This document shows positions 12,141-25,186 of a DNA stretch of 64,000 bases, piece after piece. A program made the position numbers and the translations under genes. The notes beneath the pieces are model-generated. The model had not been told where the DNA came from and did no database searches. It saw only the letters and a program-made list of their open reading frames with translations. Within the stretch, counting starts at the first letter, position 1, and every line of letters starts with the position of its first letter. The DNA lies in the NCBI GenBank assembly GCA_951406725.2, contig OX597816.1, positions 180,234,001-180,298,000 of the forward strand. Direction: 5' to 3'. The stretch comes from Octopus vulgaris. Lineage: Eukaryota.

Positions 12141-12733
12141 TAGATAGATAGATAGATAGATATAGATATATATACATACACACATACATACATATAGTCC
12201 CTGTTGACAAAAAGTGTTTTTCAAAGAACCTTATATGTGTGTGTGTATGCATGTATGCAAATACACATACATATGCAAATTTTTTTTAAAACACTTTTTG
12301 TTAACAGAGACTATCAAATTTACATCGTGTATATATTTGATCAATGTTATTATTTAAATGGAAAAGCCTGTTCCCGGCAAATCTGTCCTACACTCACGTA
12401 TTGTATTTATGCCATTCTGTTCATATTTGAATCTTTCCTGAAATAATACTGACAAAGCTGAAAGTGAGGTTATGCTGTTAACTGCTTCTACTATGGCCCA
12501 AGCTCACCAACAGCAAAGTGCTGCATTTAGCAATGCAGTTCATGAACCACTTTGCGTAACTCAGCAATTTTACGGTGCTGTCACTTTTCAAAGAATAATG
12601 CAATTTCATTTTATGATGCTTAGTTACAGCCAAGTGGAGCAAGTTAATGAAACTTTAAGTTTTTAAATTTTTATTTATTTATTATCATCATAATCATCAT
12701 ATCATCATTATTATTATCACTATTATCATTATT

Positions 12734-13212
12734 AAGGCAGTGAGCTGGCAGTATCGTTTGCATAATGGCCAAAATGCTTAGCAGTATTTTGTCTGTCTTC
12801 ATGTTCTGAGTTCTGATTCTGCTGAGGTCGACTTTCATCCTTTCAGGGTTGATAAAATGAGTATCAATTGAGCACTGGAGTTGATGTAATTGATTTGCTC
12901 CATTTCTTGGGATTGCTGGCCTTGTGTCAAAATTATTATTATTATCATTAATATTATTGAAACTTTGAGGTTTTTCTTAATTTTTGATCTATCATCATCA
13001 TCATCATCATCATTATTATTATTAAGGCAGTGAGCACACCTTAATAATAGCATTCCTGGCAAAACACTTAGAGGCATTTTGTCTGCTAAGGTTGACTTTG
13101 CTTTTCATCCTTTCTGAATCAATAAAATAAGTACCAGTTGAGAACTGGTATCAATGTATTTGACTCATCCCCTCTCCTGAAATTGCTGGTTTTGTGCTAA
13201 AATTTTGAAACC
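12734..13212 (+). mobile_element. Two tandem copies of tRNA-derived SINE family C (Nin/Deu-like central motif)
   Basis: aaggcagtgagctggcag...gttctgagttc...gaggtcgactttcatcctttcagggttgataaaatgagta. Further copies at ~19960-20165(-), 35250-35765 (three, -), 38215-38370, 38545-38715(-), 57030-57142(-) and 57940-58120. Confidence 0.7.
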
Positions 13213-14129
13213 ATTATTATCATTATTAATTTGCACGGGCCCAGCATAACAATGTGTATTGGATAGAAACCACTAAACTAGCTGACATCATAGCCATTAT
13301 GGATCATACACGCACACATGAATTGAAGGGCTACACAGAGATGGACATACATATGCAAACGTATGCTTGCATTCATACTTATATAAATACATGGAAATAT
13401 GCATACATAGATGCAAACATACCTTCATACATACATAATACATACATGCAAATGTACACACATTTTTTTGTCATTCATTCAAAGTCATTATGTTCCATTT
13501 GCAAAGCAACCTTTTGGGTAATATCCTTTTATCAACAAGAGAGAAAAAAAAAGAAGAAGAAATGAGGCAGTTGGTGCTTCGAGTGCAGTTGATGGCTGAA
13601 TTACAGGAGGAATGCTTGCTGCATTATGCTTACTCATATAAAAATATTTGATCTGTGGGTCAACATTCATTTGTAATTGGAGCACCCACTGCAGAGAATG
13701 CAAATAACCACATGGTGAAATGTACTTAGGAAACAAATGATATACACTACATCTTGTGTTTTATCCTAATTTTGATTACATATGCTGTACTAATAATACT
13801 TCTAAGTACACCACTTTGCTGGAAATAGATTGGTTGATGATAATCTGTGTGGAGCTCTAAACGTCATAACAATTGTCCACCTGACTGTAACACATCATAG
13901 ATGTTATGTACACATATATTTGTCTGTTGAGTTGTGATCAAGTGACTGCTGAGGCTGTTTTGCAATATACACTACATAATGCACACGACTAAACCATTGT
14001 GATCATTCATGTCTATAGACATGATGTTTCATTGGTCACTTGCATGCTATTGGAACAATTGTACACCATAGAATGAATGTAATACCAAATACCCTATTCT
14101 TCACTTATATATATATATATATATATATC

Positions 14130-14348
14130 TTTCTCTTTCTCTTTTACTTGTTTCAGTCATTTGACTGCGGCCATGCTGGAGCACCGCCTTTAGTCGAGCA
14201 AATCGACCCCGAGACTTATTTTTTGTAAGCCCAGTACTTATTATATCGGTCTCTTTTGCCGAACCGCTAAGTGACGGGGACGTAAACACACACCAGCATC
14301 GGTTGTCAAGCAATGCTAGGGGACAAACACAGACACACACACACATAC

Positions 14349-14402
<54 letters not shown>

Positions 14403-14561
14403 CAGGCTTCTTTCAGTTTCCGTCTACCAAATCCACTCACAAGGCATTGGTCGGCCCCGGGCTATAGCAGAAGACACTTACCCAAGATGCCACGCAGTGG
14501 GATTGAACCCAGAACCATGTGGTTGGTTAGCAAGCTACTTACCACACAGCCACTCCTGCGC
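14130..14561 (-). mobile_element. Full-length young family A SINE
   Basis: Same structure as 3868-4263; CpGs intact; nearly identical to 18369-18772. Confidence 0.92.
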
Positions 14562-14935
14562 ATATATATCTGCATGTAATATGTACATATGTATACATGC
14601 ACACATGCATATTACTAGTTATTGAGTTACTTTAGCTCATTGGTTTAGAACCTTGAAGAACTCTTGAAGAACTCTTGAAATAAATTCCTTGCCTCAAGAA
14701 ACTCTTACAAAAACATTATTATACATCATTATTCATTTTTTTCTTTCTCTTTTATAAAATTAAATTTACTAAAACAGACATAATATATTTAAAAATTTCA
14801 TAAGACATATGTTATATATTTTAATGTATAAACTGGTTTAAGCAAAAAAATTAATATTTATAACTTAAAAAATAATAACCTAAATTTTTCTTGAATATAT
14901 TGGGGATCCAAAAAGTAACAGAAACCAAACTGTTT

Positions 14936-15692
14936 CATCATCATCATTTGACATTTGTTTTCTATGCTGGCATGGGTTGGATGGTTTGACAGGAGCAGGC
15001 AAGTCAGGAGACTATGCCAAGCTCTACTATCTGCTTTGGCATGGTTTCTATGACTGGATGCCCTTCTTAATGCTAACCGCTTTACAGCAGAATGCACTGG
15101 GTACTTTTTAAATGACAATAGCGGCAGTGAGGTCATCAAATTATGTACAAGACAAGACCCCTCAACTGAGGCAGGGTGTAGTATTGAGGAAGGTGGCTTT
15201 GTGCCATTAGTGAGGTTAGAATATGAGCAGAGGGACAGCAACAGGTATTTTGAAGTAAAGGTGATACATGGCTTCCTCAGTTGGAAAGTGAGGGAAAGAA
15301 GGAAAAGGAAAGATAGTAAATATGTGATGGAGGAGGGAGGTGTGTATTAAATTACAGTGAAGTGGGCGGGGGCAAGGATTGGATAGTGTGAGTGGATGGG
15401 TAAGTTTGCAAGTTTGCAAAAGCAGAGTGGGAAGTGGATGGGAGCGATTGTTAGGAGAATATGCTGTGGGGAAGAGATTTAACAAAGGAGATTAGGAGAT
15501 GAGGGGAAAAGGGAGTACAACAGATGGAGGTGTTGAGAATATGGGATGTAGGAGACAGGTTTGTCAGGCATGGATCATGTGCAGGGTGTTGTGGGCCATG
15601 AACATTGAGGACAAGTCTTTATAGCTTCTCAAGCACAACAAATTGCCAATTGTCTGAGTCCTTTGTCATCTCCTCTGTGAAGCTCAGCTTCT
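14936..15692 (-). mobile_element. RTE LINE 3' end with long 3' UTR
   Basis: Minus strand KLSFTEEMTKDSDNWQFVVLEK at ~15625-15692; tail ccaacccatgccagcatagaaaac..aatgatgatgat. Confidence 0.7.
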
Positions 15693-17299
15693 TTAGATAA
15701 ATTTTGGACATTTTTCTAAAGAATTCACAAGAAGGCTTCTTTCGCACAAGAAAAAAAAGAACCAGGGATATCTTGATTCACAGAACATAAACAGCCAACC
15801 TCTTGGGAGGGACTGCCATCATTTGAATATGAGAATATCAGTTGTTAAAGTATCTGAGTTATTTGGTCCTGGATTAGTACTCCTGATATTATTCTCAAAC
15901 AGAATCAACATGATGCAGTGTAACTGAGCTTTACTTCTTCAATTACATGTACAATCTTCCCAGTAGGCTTCTATACAGTTTCCATCTACAAGTTATGCTC
16001 TGTAGAGCATACGGGGTTCTTTCTACATGGCACCAGCAGCAGCGATGTCACCAATTGGTTTACAAGATGGATTTTGGCCAAGATGCCACACAGTGGAATC
16101 AAACTGAAAGCCTTGTGGTTGTAAAAGCATACTTTTTAACCATTCTGCTACACTGCATGTTCTCAATATCCTATACAGCACAAATAGATGAAATAAAAAC
16201 AAATAATTACCATCTTGGTTTAATCTTTTATTGACAATGTTAAAAAGGCATAAAATATACCTAGGCAATTTGTGATATGAGTAAAGATAATGCTATTTTT
16301 GAATTTAGATAAAATTTACTTCTAATAAGAAACCTGTTTTTGTCTTTTAGTACTCAGATACTTAATTCAAGGCCATACTTTAGATAATTACACTTGGATT
16401 TTGTCTTCTTCTGGAAGGAGATAGTTTCTATCTTTGCTCTAGATATTTGTTAAATATGAAAAAGCTCCTTCCTACTTGTAAGAATTTTCAAACTGTTGCA
16501 GTATATTTATAGCTTTCTAATGAAAGGCAGGATACTCCTCCTTCACAACAAATCTCAATTTTTGTTTGACCATGTCGCATGTCATCCTCTGCTTCTTCTT
16601 CTTCTTCTCTTACATCTCAGGATGAGCAGAAGATTCAGAGTGTGGATCCCTCTCTTTCTCAATCATATACCTCTGTTAAAAGGCAGAGAAAATAAAGTTC
16701 TATTTTGATTAAATTTTTCCAGATGAGTTTCAATATGACTCGAAATTTACTGATAATTGTTTTATAATTGAAGCATTTCAAGATTTCTTTTTGCAACAGG
16801 ATTTTAATAAAGATTCAGTCTTTTAAATCCAAAAATCTTTTACTTTGAAGTTTGTATATTTTGTCCTGGATCTTGTCATTTATTTGTACAACTGATTCAT
16901 GCAATGAAAACTGTTTGCTTAGTAAATTAACACTTACAACCATTTTCCATGTTCAAAGCACTTAGCAAATGCTGGTTTACTGTTTTCTTGAAAGTATCTC
17001 CAGCAATTCTTCTTTCAGTTCAGTCATCTTATTTAGAATTTTTCCTCTCTTCAGCCACCAAATTTCTGGTGGTAGCAAGAGATTTTATGTGCTCTTTGTC
17101 CAAGTTTTCACACTACTTTTTAAATATTCTGGAGTGAAGTAGGTTTGTTTTATGTTGTTGACCATTTTAGTAGCATTATTAAAAATGTTTTTTATTCACT
17201 TCTGAGAAATTTTAAAATCAGCACTGCTTTGTGAAGAAAGAAATATGTTAAGATGCTATTTATTTTATCGTGTTTTACTAGAGAAGTCTCTTATGGAGA

Positions 17300-18010
17300 C
17301 AACTATCGATGGGGGCAGTCTCAGTACAGGTGCCAAACACAGTTCTTGTAGGAGAGATCTCGTGTTTTCACAGAAAAAAGTTTTCTTGAATTCATCCTTA
17401 TTGACAAATCTTACAAAAGCTACAATGTAACATTTATTGGTAAGATCTGTTGACTCATCAACCTGGATAGAAAAACTTCTATTTTCAGTTTATCATACAA
17501 TTCCACTTCGGCATCATGTGACTTGCCATCAATGAATCAACTGAAAGTAGAACATTTTCAGTTTCTTCCACTGCAGTTTGTCTCAACATTTCTCTAAGAT
17601 AATTCTACATGCTGGCATTATCAGGCACTCATCACCTGTGTGACACTTTCTTTTCTGGGCAATAATTTGTGCAACCAAATAGCATGCTTCTTGAGGCTTT
17701 TCACTGATACTGGCTATAAAAGCTATATTTTGTTTAATCAGCATTTTTACTTTTTATACAATTGTGATTTATCATCAAGTATCTTTTCAATTTTGCTAGA
17801 GCCACTACTGCATTTGAACAATGTTTGCCATAAGTAAGGTCCTATAGAATAGTATGACATGGATCGCTAGTTCATGTACGCCCATGGATAAATACTTGTT
17901 ATTGTACAAAAGAACATTTTTAATGTTCATTTTTGGATTAGTACAGAGAAAATTATCAGATGGTGATTTTTCATCAGAATTTTTGGATGCTTCCTCTTCA
18001 AAAATAGCCA
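17300..18010 (-). pseudogene. Decayed hAT (Charlie/Buster, ZBED5-like) transposase fragment
   Basis: Minus strand FSIQVDESTDLTNKCYIVAFVRFVNKDEF (~17390-17475) and KCHTGDECLIMPA (~17610-17650), characteristic of Charlie/Buster transposases; frameshifted. Confidence 0.8.
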
Positions 18011-18187
18011 ATAAAAAGCAAAATAAATAACTAAATAAATGTGAAAAAACCTTACACTAATAAAATTGAAGCCAATAAATGTAAACAGAACAATTAACCA
18101 TTGAGGTGTGAAAAAAAGGAAACAATACAAAGCTTTTCATGAAAACCATTTACAAACACAAAGGTTACTTAAACTAACAAAGATAAA

Positions 18188-18579
18188 TATAGGTGTGACT
18201 GGGTGGTAAGAAGTTTGTTTCCTAATCACATGGTTCCAGGCTCAGTCTCACTGTATGACATGTTGGGTACATGCCTTCTACTATAGTCTCATGCCAACCA
18301 AAGCTTTATGAGTGGATTTGTTTGACGGAAACTGAAAGAAGCCCACTGTATGTATGTGTGTGTATGTATACTCTTTTACTCTTTTACTTGTTTCAGTCAT
18401 TTGACTGCGGCCATGCTGGAGCACCGCCTTTAGTCGAGCAAATCGATCCCGGGACTTATTCTTTATAATCCCAGTACTTATTCTATCGGTCTCTTTTGCC
18501 GAACCGCTAAATGACGGGGACGTAAACACACCAACATCGGTTGTCAAGCAATGCTAAGGGGACAAACACAGACACACAA

Positions 18580-18610
<31 letters not shown>

Positions 18611-18771
18611 CGACAGGCTTCTTTCAGTTTCCGTCTACCAAATCCACTCACAAGGCATTGGTCGGCCCGGGGCTATAGCAGAAGACATTTGCCCAAGATG
18701 CCACGCAGTGGGACTGAACCCGGAACCATGTAGTTGGTTAGCAAGCTACTTACCACACAGCCACTCCTGCG

Positions 18772-18824
<53 letters not shown>

Positions 18825-19060
18825 TACATGTGTGTATGTGTGAGTGGTGTCTTTGTGTCTGCGGATGGTCCCCACCACTATTTGACAATTGGTGTTGGTG
18901 TGTTTATATCCCCATAACTTAGTGATTTGGCAAAAAAGACTTATAGAATAAGTATGAGGTTTAAAAAAAATAAGTACTAGGGATGATTTATTTGATTAAA
19001 CTTCTTCAAAGCACTGCCCCATCATGGCCACAGTCTAATGACTGAAACAGATAAAAGATA
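18188..19060 (+). mobile_element. Older family A SINE split by an antisense younger copy
   Basis: Head and CORE at 18188-18368, tail at ~18835-19060; the insertion lies in its internal microsatellite. Confidence 0.8.
18369..18772 (-). mobile_element. Full-length young family A SINE (nested)
   Basis: Complete head, CORE and tail ending (GTAAAAGA)n; CpGs intact. Confidence 0.92.
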
Positions 19061-19401
19061 TGCTTAGAATTTTAAATTCCTATAGCATCCCTTAATGATA
19101 AAAAAAATAGAAAATGATGCTAGTAAATGGGGGACTGTACTAACAGGAAGCAGAAACAGGATTAATAAAAATATGGCTATAAAGGTCTGTATTTATATGT
19201 TTGTACAATTAGTGGATGAGGTTTAGTCACAATGCCTTGAGGGTAACTCAAAGAATAAGACAAAATGGTGACATAGATTTACCTTAATCTGGAGTTGCTT
19301 GAATCTGTCAGGGTATTTCATCCCTACTTTTCTTATTTATTGTTTGGAAGTACCCAAACTTTTATTATGTTCAAATATTTCCAGACTACTTTCATACAAT
19401 A

Positions 19402-19449
<48 letters not shown>

Positions 19450-20893
19450 CTGTGTGTGTGTGTGCATGTGTGCGTGGAAGTGTGTGAAAATCTTTTGTAT
19501 ATACATGATTTACATTAAAAAGGTTAGATTCTATTTAATACATAAAACATTGTTTGCCAAAAACAAAATCTTTATTTGTTAAACTCTCTCTCTCTCTCTC
19601 TCATTCATTCACACACACTCTCACATTCATTCACTCTCTCCTCTTTCTTTCTCTCCAGAAGAATTGCATCATACACCAAGTCCCCAACTTTGGCAGGTGA
19701 GATTCATGGCATAGTCACCCCTGTCAAATTCTTTCATCCATGTAGCTACTAAGTGACTTTGGATGAAAATCAAATTGATTGACAACTTTCTAAAACTGTT
19801 TTTTCTGTTAAAAGTTCAATGAAATAAGTTCTGGTTAAAGAAAAGAGGTCCCCATGAAAAATATTTATTTTCATTTATTACATATACATTTATTTTCTTG
19901 TTGCCTTTACATTTCAAGACTTGTAAGAAAGTGAACACTTATACAGCTAATAAACTTAATCCTTTCTACCGAAGGCAAAGGCCTGAAGTTTTGATGGAGG
20001 GGACTAGTCAATTAGTTGGACCGCAGTGTTTCACTGGTACTTGTTGACCCTGAAAGGACAAAGGGCAAAATTGACCTCAGCAGAATTTGAACTCAGAGCA
20101 TAGTGACAGTGAAATACCGCTCAGCATTTGCCTAGTATGCTAACAATTCTGCCAGTTTGATGCCTTACAGCTAATAAGCATAATGTTATGCATATTTTAT
20201 TTACTCTAATAAGGCAAAAATAATGAAACCAGTACCATTTTCATTAGTTTTTACTTAGGTCTGCTTTTGCATTTTCTGTTTTACATTATATTTTTAATTC
20301 TTAATAATTTTACCATGTTAGGAGATATTTGTATCATGAATTGCAACCTGATGCAATGGATTTGGTGCACAATCTGTAGTATTTAAGGATCCTTGAAAAT
20401 TACACATCGTCAAAGAAATAGCTATCCTTCACATCTTATATGAGACAAAATTGTCATTTATGTTTATCTATGTTTTTATTTTGTCAATTTTCAATTAGTC
20501 TTTTTTTCATAATTTCATAATGTGCAATATTGAAGAGTTGATAGTTGTTTTTAATTTTTATTCTTGATATATAATGTTTCATTAAAAAGAAGCAAAGCAA
20601 GTTTGACCTTGCCCAGCCATGGTGAAGATAAAGGATTTGAATACATCAAGAGCTTAAGTGTATCATAAAACCATCTTTGAAGGGTTTTATTCAGTTGACA
20701 AGACTATAATTGAGCAATATCTGTAAAGAATTAGATGAAATGTAGAGCCACTGATTATGCAAAACGAGACCCTTGGCTATATTGTTGATAATCACTACAG
20801 CCTGCCCTTCTCTCTCTTTGTTTGATTGTTTGTTTATTTGTATGTATGTCATTCTTAGTTTTGTCGGGTGAGTAGAATATTCTTCACTAAGAA

Positions 20894-21302
20894 ACTCTTT
20901 TACTCTTTTACTTGTTTCAGTCATTTGACTGTGGACATGCTGGAGCACAGCCTTTAGTCGAGCAAATCGACCCCAGGACTCATTCTTTGGTAACCTAGTA
21001 CTTATTCTATCGGTCTCTTTTGTCGAACCACTAAGTTGCGGGGACATAAACACACCTGCATTGGTTGTCAAGTGATGTTGTGGGGACAAACATATACACA
21101 CATATGCGCATATATATACACACATATATACATATATTTGACAGTCTTCTTTCAGTTTCCATCTACCAAATCCACTCACAAGGCTTTGGTTGGCCCGAGG
21201 CTATAGTAGAAGACACTTGCCCAAGGTGTCATGCAGTGGGACTGAACCCAGAACCATGTGGTTGGTAAGCAAGCTACTTACCACACAGCCACTCCTATGC
21301 CT
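20894..21302 (-). mobile_element. Full-length family A SINE
   Basis: Same modules as 14130-14561, more CpG decay. Confidence 0.9.
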
Positions 21303-22249
21303 AGAAAGTTTAATAAAACTGAAATATGTGTGTTACTTTCATCATTTGACTTTAAGGACCAGAACTCTTTTGGTCTGCCATTGTCAGTTCTGTCAAAATA
21401 GTTTTCTCAACAGATCTTATGGGAAGTTATCTTCGTTGCTTGTTTTTTTCTTTGTATTGATTTAGACTTAGATAGTAGTTGCTTGGATCTTGGTTTAATC
21501 AAAGTTTTTTTTCTCTTTTTATGTATGTGTTACCCTACTCTGTATATAATTCTACCGATTGCATCAGAATAACTTGTAACATGAATGCAAATAAGCTAAG
21601 GCTGACTGGGAGGTGCTGATTTGTTGCTTTGACATAATCAGGGCTGTAGATAAAGTGACATTGTTGCTGTATTTAGAGGCTTTATGAACTTCTCTCCAGA
21701 TGGAAATGGAAACTCTCTGAACATGCAACAGACTATATGAAACGTGTATAAGAAATGTGAGCCTAAAGCAAAGCATGATTTGGTGAATGCAAAATGCTAA
21801 GTTTTGGGAATTAATTAGACACATGACTAGGTGTCAATAGGTAATGCATAATTTAAGAGACTGAACTGCTTTAGTAATTTAGGATGACAAGTCACGAAAA
21901 TAAAGTACTGTGAATTAGCAATAGAAAGCATCTGTAGGAGAGGTTGATCGAAAAAGGACTCAAATGACTCCTTTTCTTTTTTTTTTTTTTTAAAGTTATG
22001 GAAATCACTTTATTGAGCAATGCTGTTTTGAAATGTAAAGTCTTCAGAACCAATTAAGAACAGTTACTGACATCTTAAGTACAAACACATTATTGAACAT
22101 TGGTGTATCAAATATGCAGGAGGCTTCCGATTAATGCCATGTCCATAGTGGAACAAGTTTTCTCCAGTATAGTGTTTCATCACTAGTTGTGATCATTTGT
22201 TATTTCTTTCACAAGTTTTAACTAAGTCTTCCTAACTTTTCCTATTTTG

Positions 22250-22680
22250 CTGAATCCATGCTCATAGATGACTTGCTACTTCTTAACCTCTCTCACTGCA
22301 CATCACATGTCCCTGTTCACCGAGTCTTCTCTTTTGTACATTATATCTGATTCCTTTTATACCCAGCTTTTATTCTGAATCCATTTGTGTTCCATTGATA
22401 TATTATACATCCAACAGAGCATATTTACCTCATTTCTTTCCAGCCTCCAGCTTCTGCATCCACTGCCCATATTTCACTGCCAGCAACATTATACTTTTTA
22501 TACATGCATCCTACTTAGCAAATGCATCATACAAGCTGCCCTTCACTGAAAGAGAAAATCCCTTTGTTGTCAGCAGAAGTACTTTGTCTATGAATATTTT
22601 TCATCCTGTTTTTATTCTGATTATTATGCTCTCAGAATACACCCTATGCAGCTGTGCATTAGGTCACCTCTCTAACAGAG
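22250..22680 (-). mobile_element. Decayed RTE LINE RT fragment
   Basis: Minus strand RIKTG*KIFIDKVLLLTTKGFSLSVKGSLYDA. Confidence 0.6.
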
Positions 22681-24647
22681 GCTATCAATTATTTCTAGGG
22701 GACCACTGAGCATTTGAATGAATTTATAAGGTTAATAAAATTGGAACATGTAGCAATCATTGATGAAAGTGAAGTGCAATAGCTTGAAGAAGGACCTGAG
22801 TCTGAATTATGAATTGATTTCAGTTGAATTTATTACTATTCTGTCATATTCCTTACTAGGAAATATTGCTTTTATAACTGGTATAATGATGATGATAACC
22901 TTATATTCTGGGATTAAAGAACATGTCAGATGAAGGAATATATGTCTGCTGATAGCCTTTCACATTTAATTCACCAGTCTTTCCTATCACCTCTTTTCTC
23001 TTCTTTCATTACATTGTCTATTCATCCTCCTTAATGTCTCTAACATTACACTGATTGGATCCAATAGCAATAACTGATATTCTGCCTCCTACCATTCATA
23101 TTAAGTTTGTGTCCATCTCCATTAAATCTTCTGCTAAACCAGCAGATATTGTCATCTCTCTTTCTCTTTATCTCTCACTCTCTTCTCCCTCTGCATTCTC
23201 TATTGTTGACAGTTATTAAAACAGTTCTATAGAAATTCACAAGAAGTAATGGTGGGTGGGTTCTGGGTCTTTGACCAAGAGGTGTAACCTTGTTGTAGCC
23301 AGTGTTATGTTCAAAAGGGCAAAATAGGGAAAAGACTTTTTCAAATTGGTAAGTAAAGAAAAAGTGATGGTAGCTCTCATAACATCTGCATAACTGAGCT
23401 AAGTTGATACTCAGCTCAAATGTTTGTTGATTGATATATCAGCTAGAATTCTTAAAATCTTACTCCATGAGTTAGAGGTATCTGAACTTATTTGTATGGT
23501 GGAAGTATTCATCTGAAATGGATTATTTGCATGTGTTTAGTTTATCATGGAATAAGTTATTTTGCCCAGTAACTATCATGTGCAGTTTGGAATTAGAACT
23601 TGACTCCAGATCAAATGAGAGGGTCTATTGAAACAATCAGGACATTTTGGTCTGATGCTGTGCACTACACTATCTTTTTCCATTCCATAAGAGAAGTCGA
23701 ATTCAACTTCACTAGCTAACAAAATATGTTTCATAGAATTTCGTTTGGTGCCTTACATGTTTCTGAGTTCAAATCCAACCAGAAATTAATTAGTCTTCTG
23801 TCTGTCACATATGTACAAAATAAGCTGATAATGGAAGCTACCTGCAATAGGTCAATGGCAAGTCGTAGAAAGATGAGAGGTGATAAAATTTCACAATGGA
23901 TCAGATACTGCAGAATTCAGTAGCTCAGAGATATGCCGTGTTGATTATCTCTCCGTAAGGAAGCTCAATGTTAATAATAGTAGTAATAATGATGATGATG
24001 ATGCTTGTGGTTAATTCTATGTTCTCTTACAAAATTGGCTTTGCTCCTCTGTGTGTGTATATTCTTCTAAAGCCATATAAATTATACCTATCTACATATT
24101 TACATACCTACATTCATACACACACACACACACACGCACACAGATAAATAAGCTACGTACCTACAAATGTACAAATAGAAAAAAGAAATACTGTTTTTCA
24201 AAGAAAGAGCAAAAATGACTATGTGGATTCTCCAAATAGTGCAAGACATTCTGAAGATTCTTCATGTAAGATTCTTTAGGTGAATAGATGCATACACTTG
24301 AGTATGCCCATCAATAGCTCAACCTGCACACCCACTCAACCCCATATTTACAAACACCAGGAACTCTCTTCACTCAAGAAGTCTTGTCATTTTGTCAGTG
24401 AATGGCTTGGACTCTCAAGTAAATAAAACTCAAAAGAAAAAATGCTCACACACACTTATATATACATACATGTGCTGGTGTAGTTGTGTTTTTGAGAAGT
24501 TTGCTTCCCAACCATATGGTTTTGGGTTCCAAGGCTTTACTATGTGGTGCCTTAGACAAATGCCTATACATGTGATTCTGTTATGGCCTCAGGCTGAGCA
24601 AAGCCTTGTGAGTAGATTTGGTAGACAGAAACTGAAAGAAGCTAATA

Positions 24648-25153
24648 TCTGTATATATATAAAAGGCAGGATGTGTGTGTGTGTGTGTACGTGAACGTAA
24701 TTTATGCACTTCCACAAATTAGCATGCATGTCGCTCCAATTTTAGGACATTCGTCATGACCCTAGCTGTATTTTCGTCAACTTATTTTCCCCAGAGGCAC
24801 CAGCGAATAGCAGTAAAAATAAATTTTCAACCAAAACTTTTAACAATTTTCAAGTCAGAGAAATCACCATTGTTTACAAACAGAAGTTAAGTCCCCTTCT
24901 AGTGACGAGTAAGTCTTTGTTAAGACTTTTGTTGTTTTTTTTCCATTGAGGAAAAAAGTGTTTTGCTGATATACGGACAACACACACACACGAACATGTA
25001 TGCAATAGGTGTATGCATGTACGTGTGTGTATGTATGTCTGTGAGTGTGTGTTGCCCATATATATATATATGTGTGTGTGTGTGTATGTGTATATGGACG
25101 CTAAATTATGATGATGATGATGTATATATATGTATATATATATATATATGTAC

Positions 25154-25186
<33 letters not shown>

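Noticed and set aside
14101-14346. Recurrent ORFs such as 'FQSFDCGHAGAPP' and 'LKAVLQHGRSQMTETSKR'
   Set aside because: Translations of the family A SINE, repeated at each copy.
23852-23954. AG...GTAAGG bounded exon-like segment
   Set aside because: Stops in all three frames and a poor pyrimidine tract.
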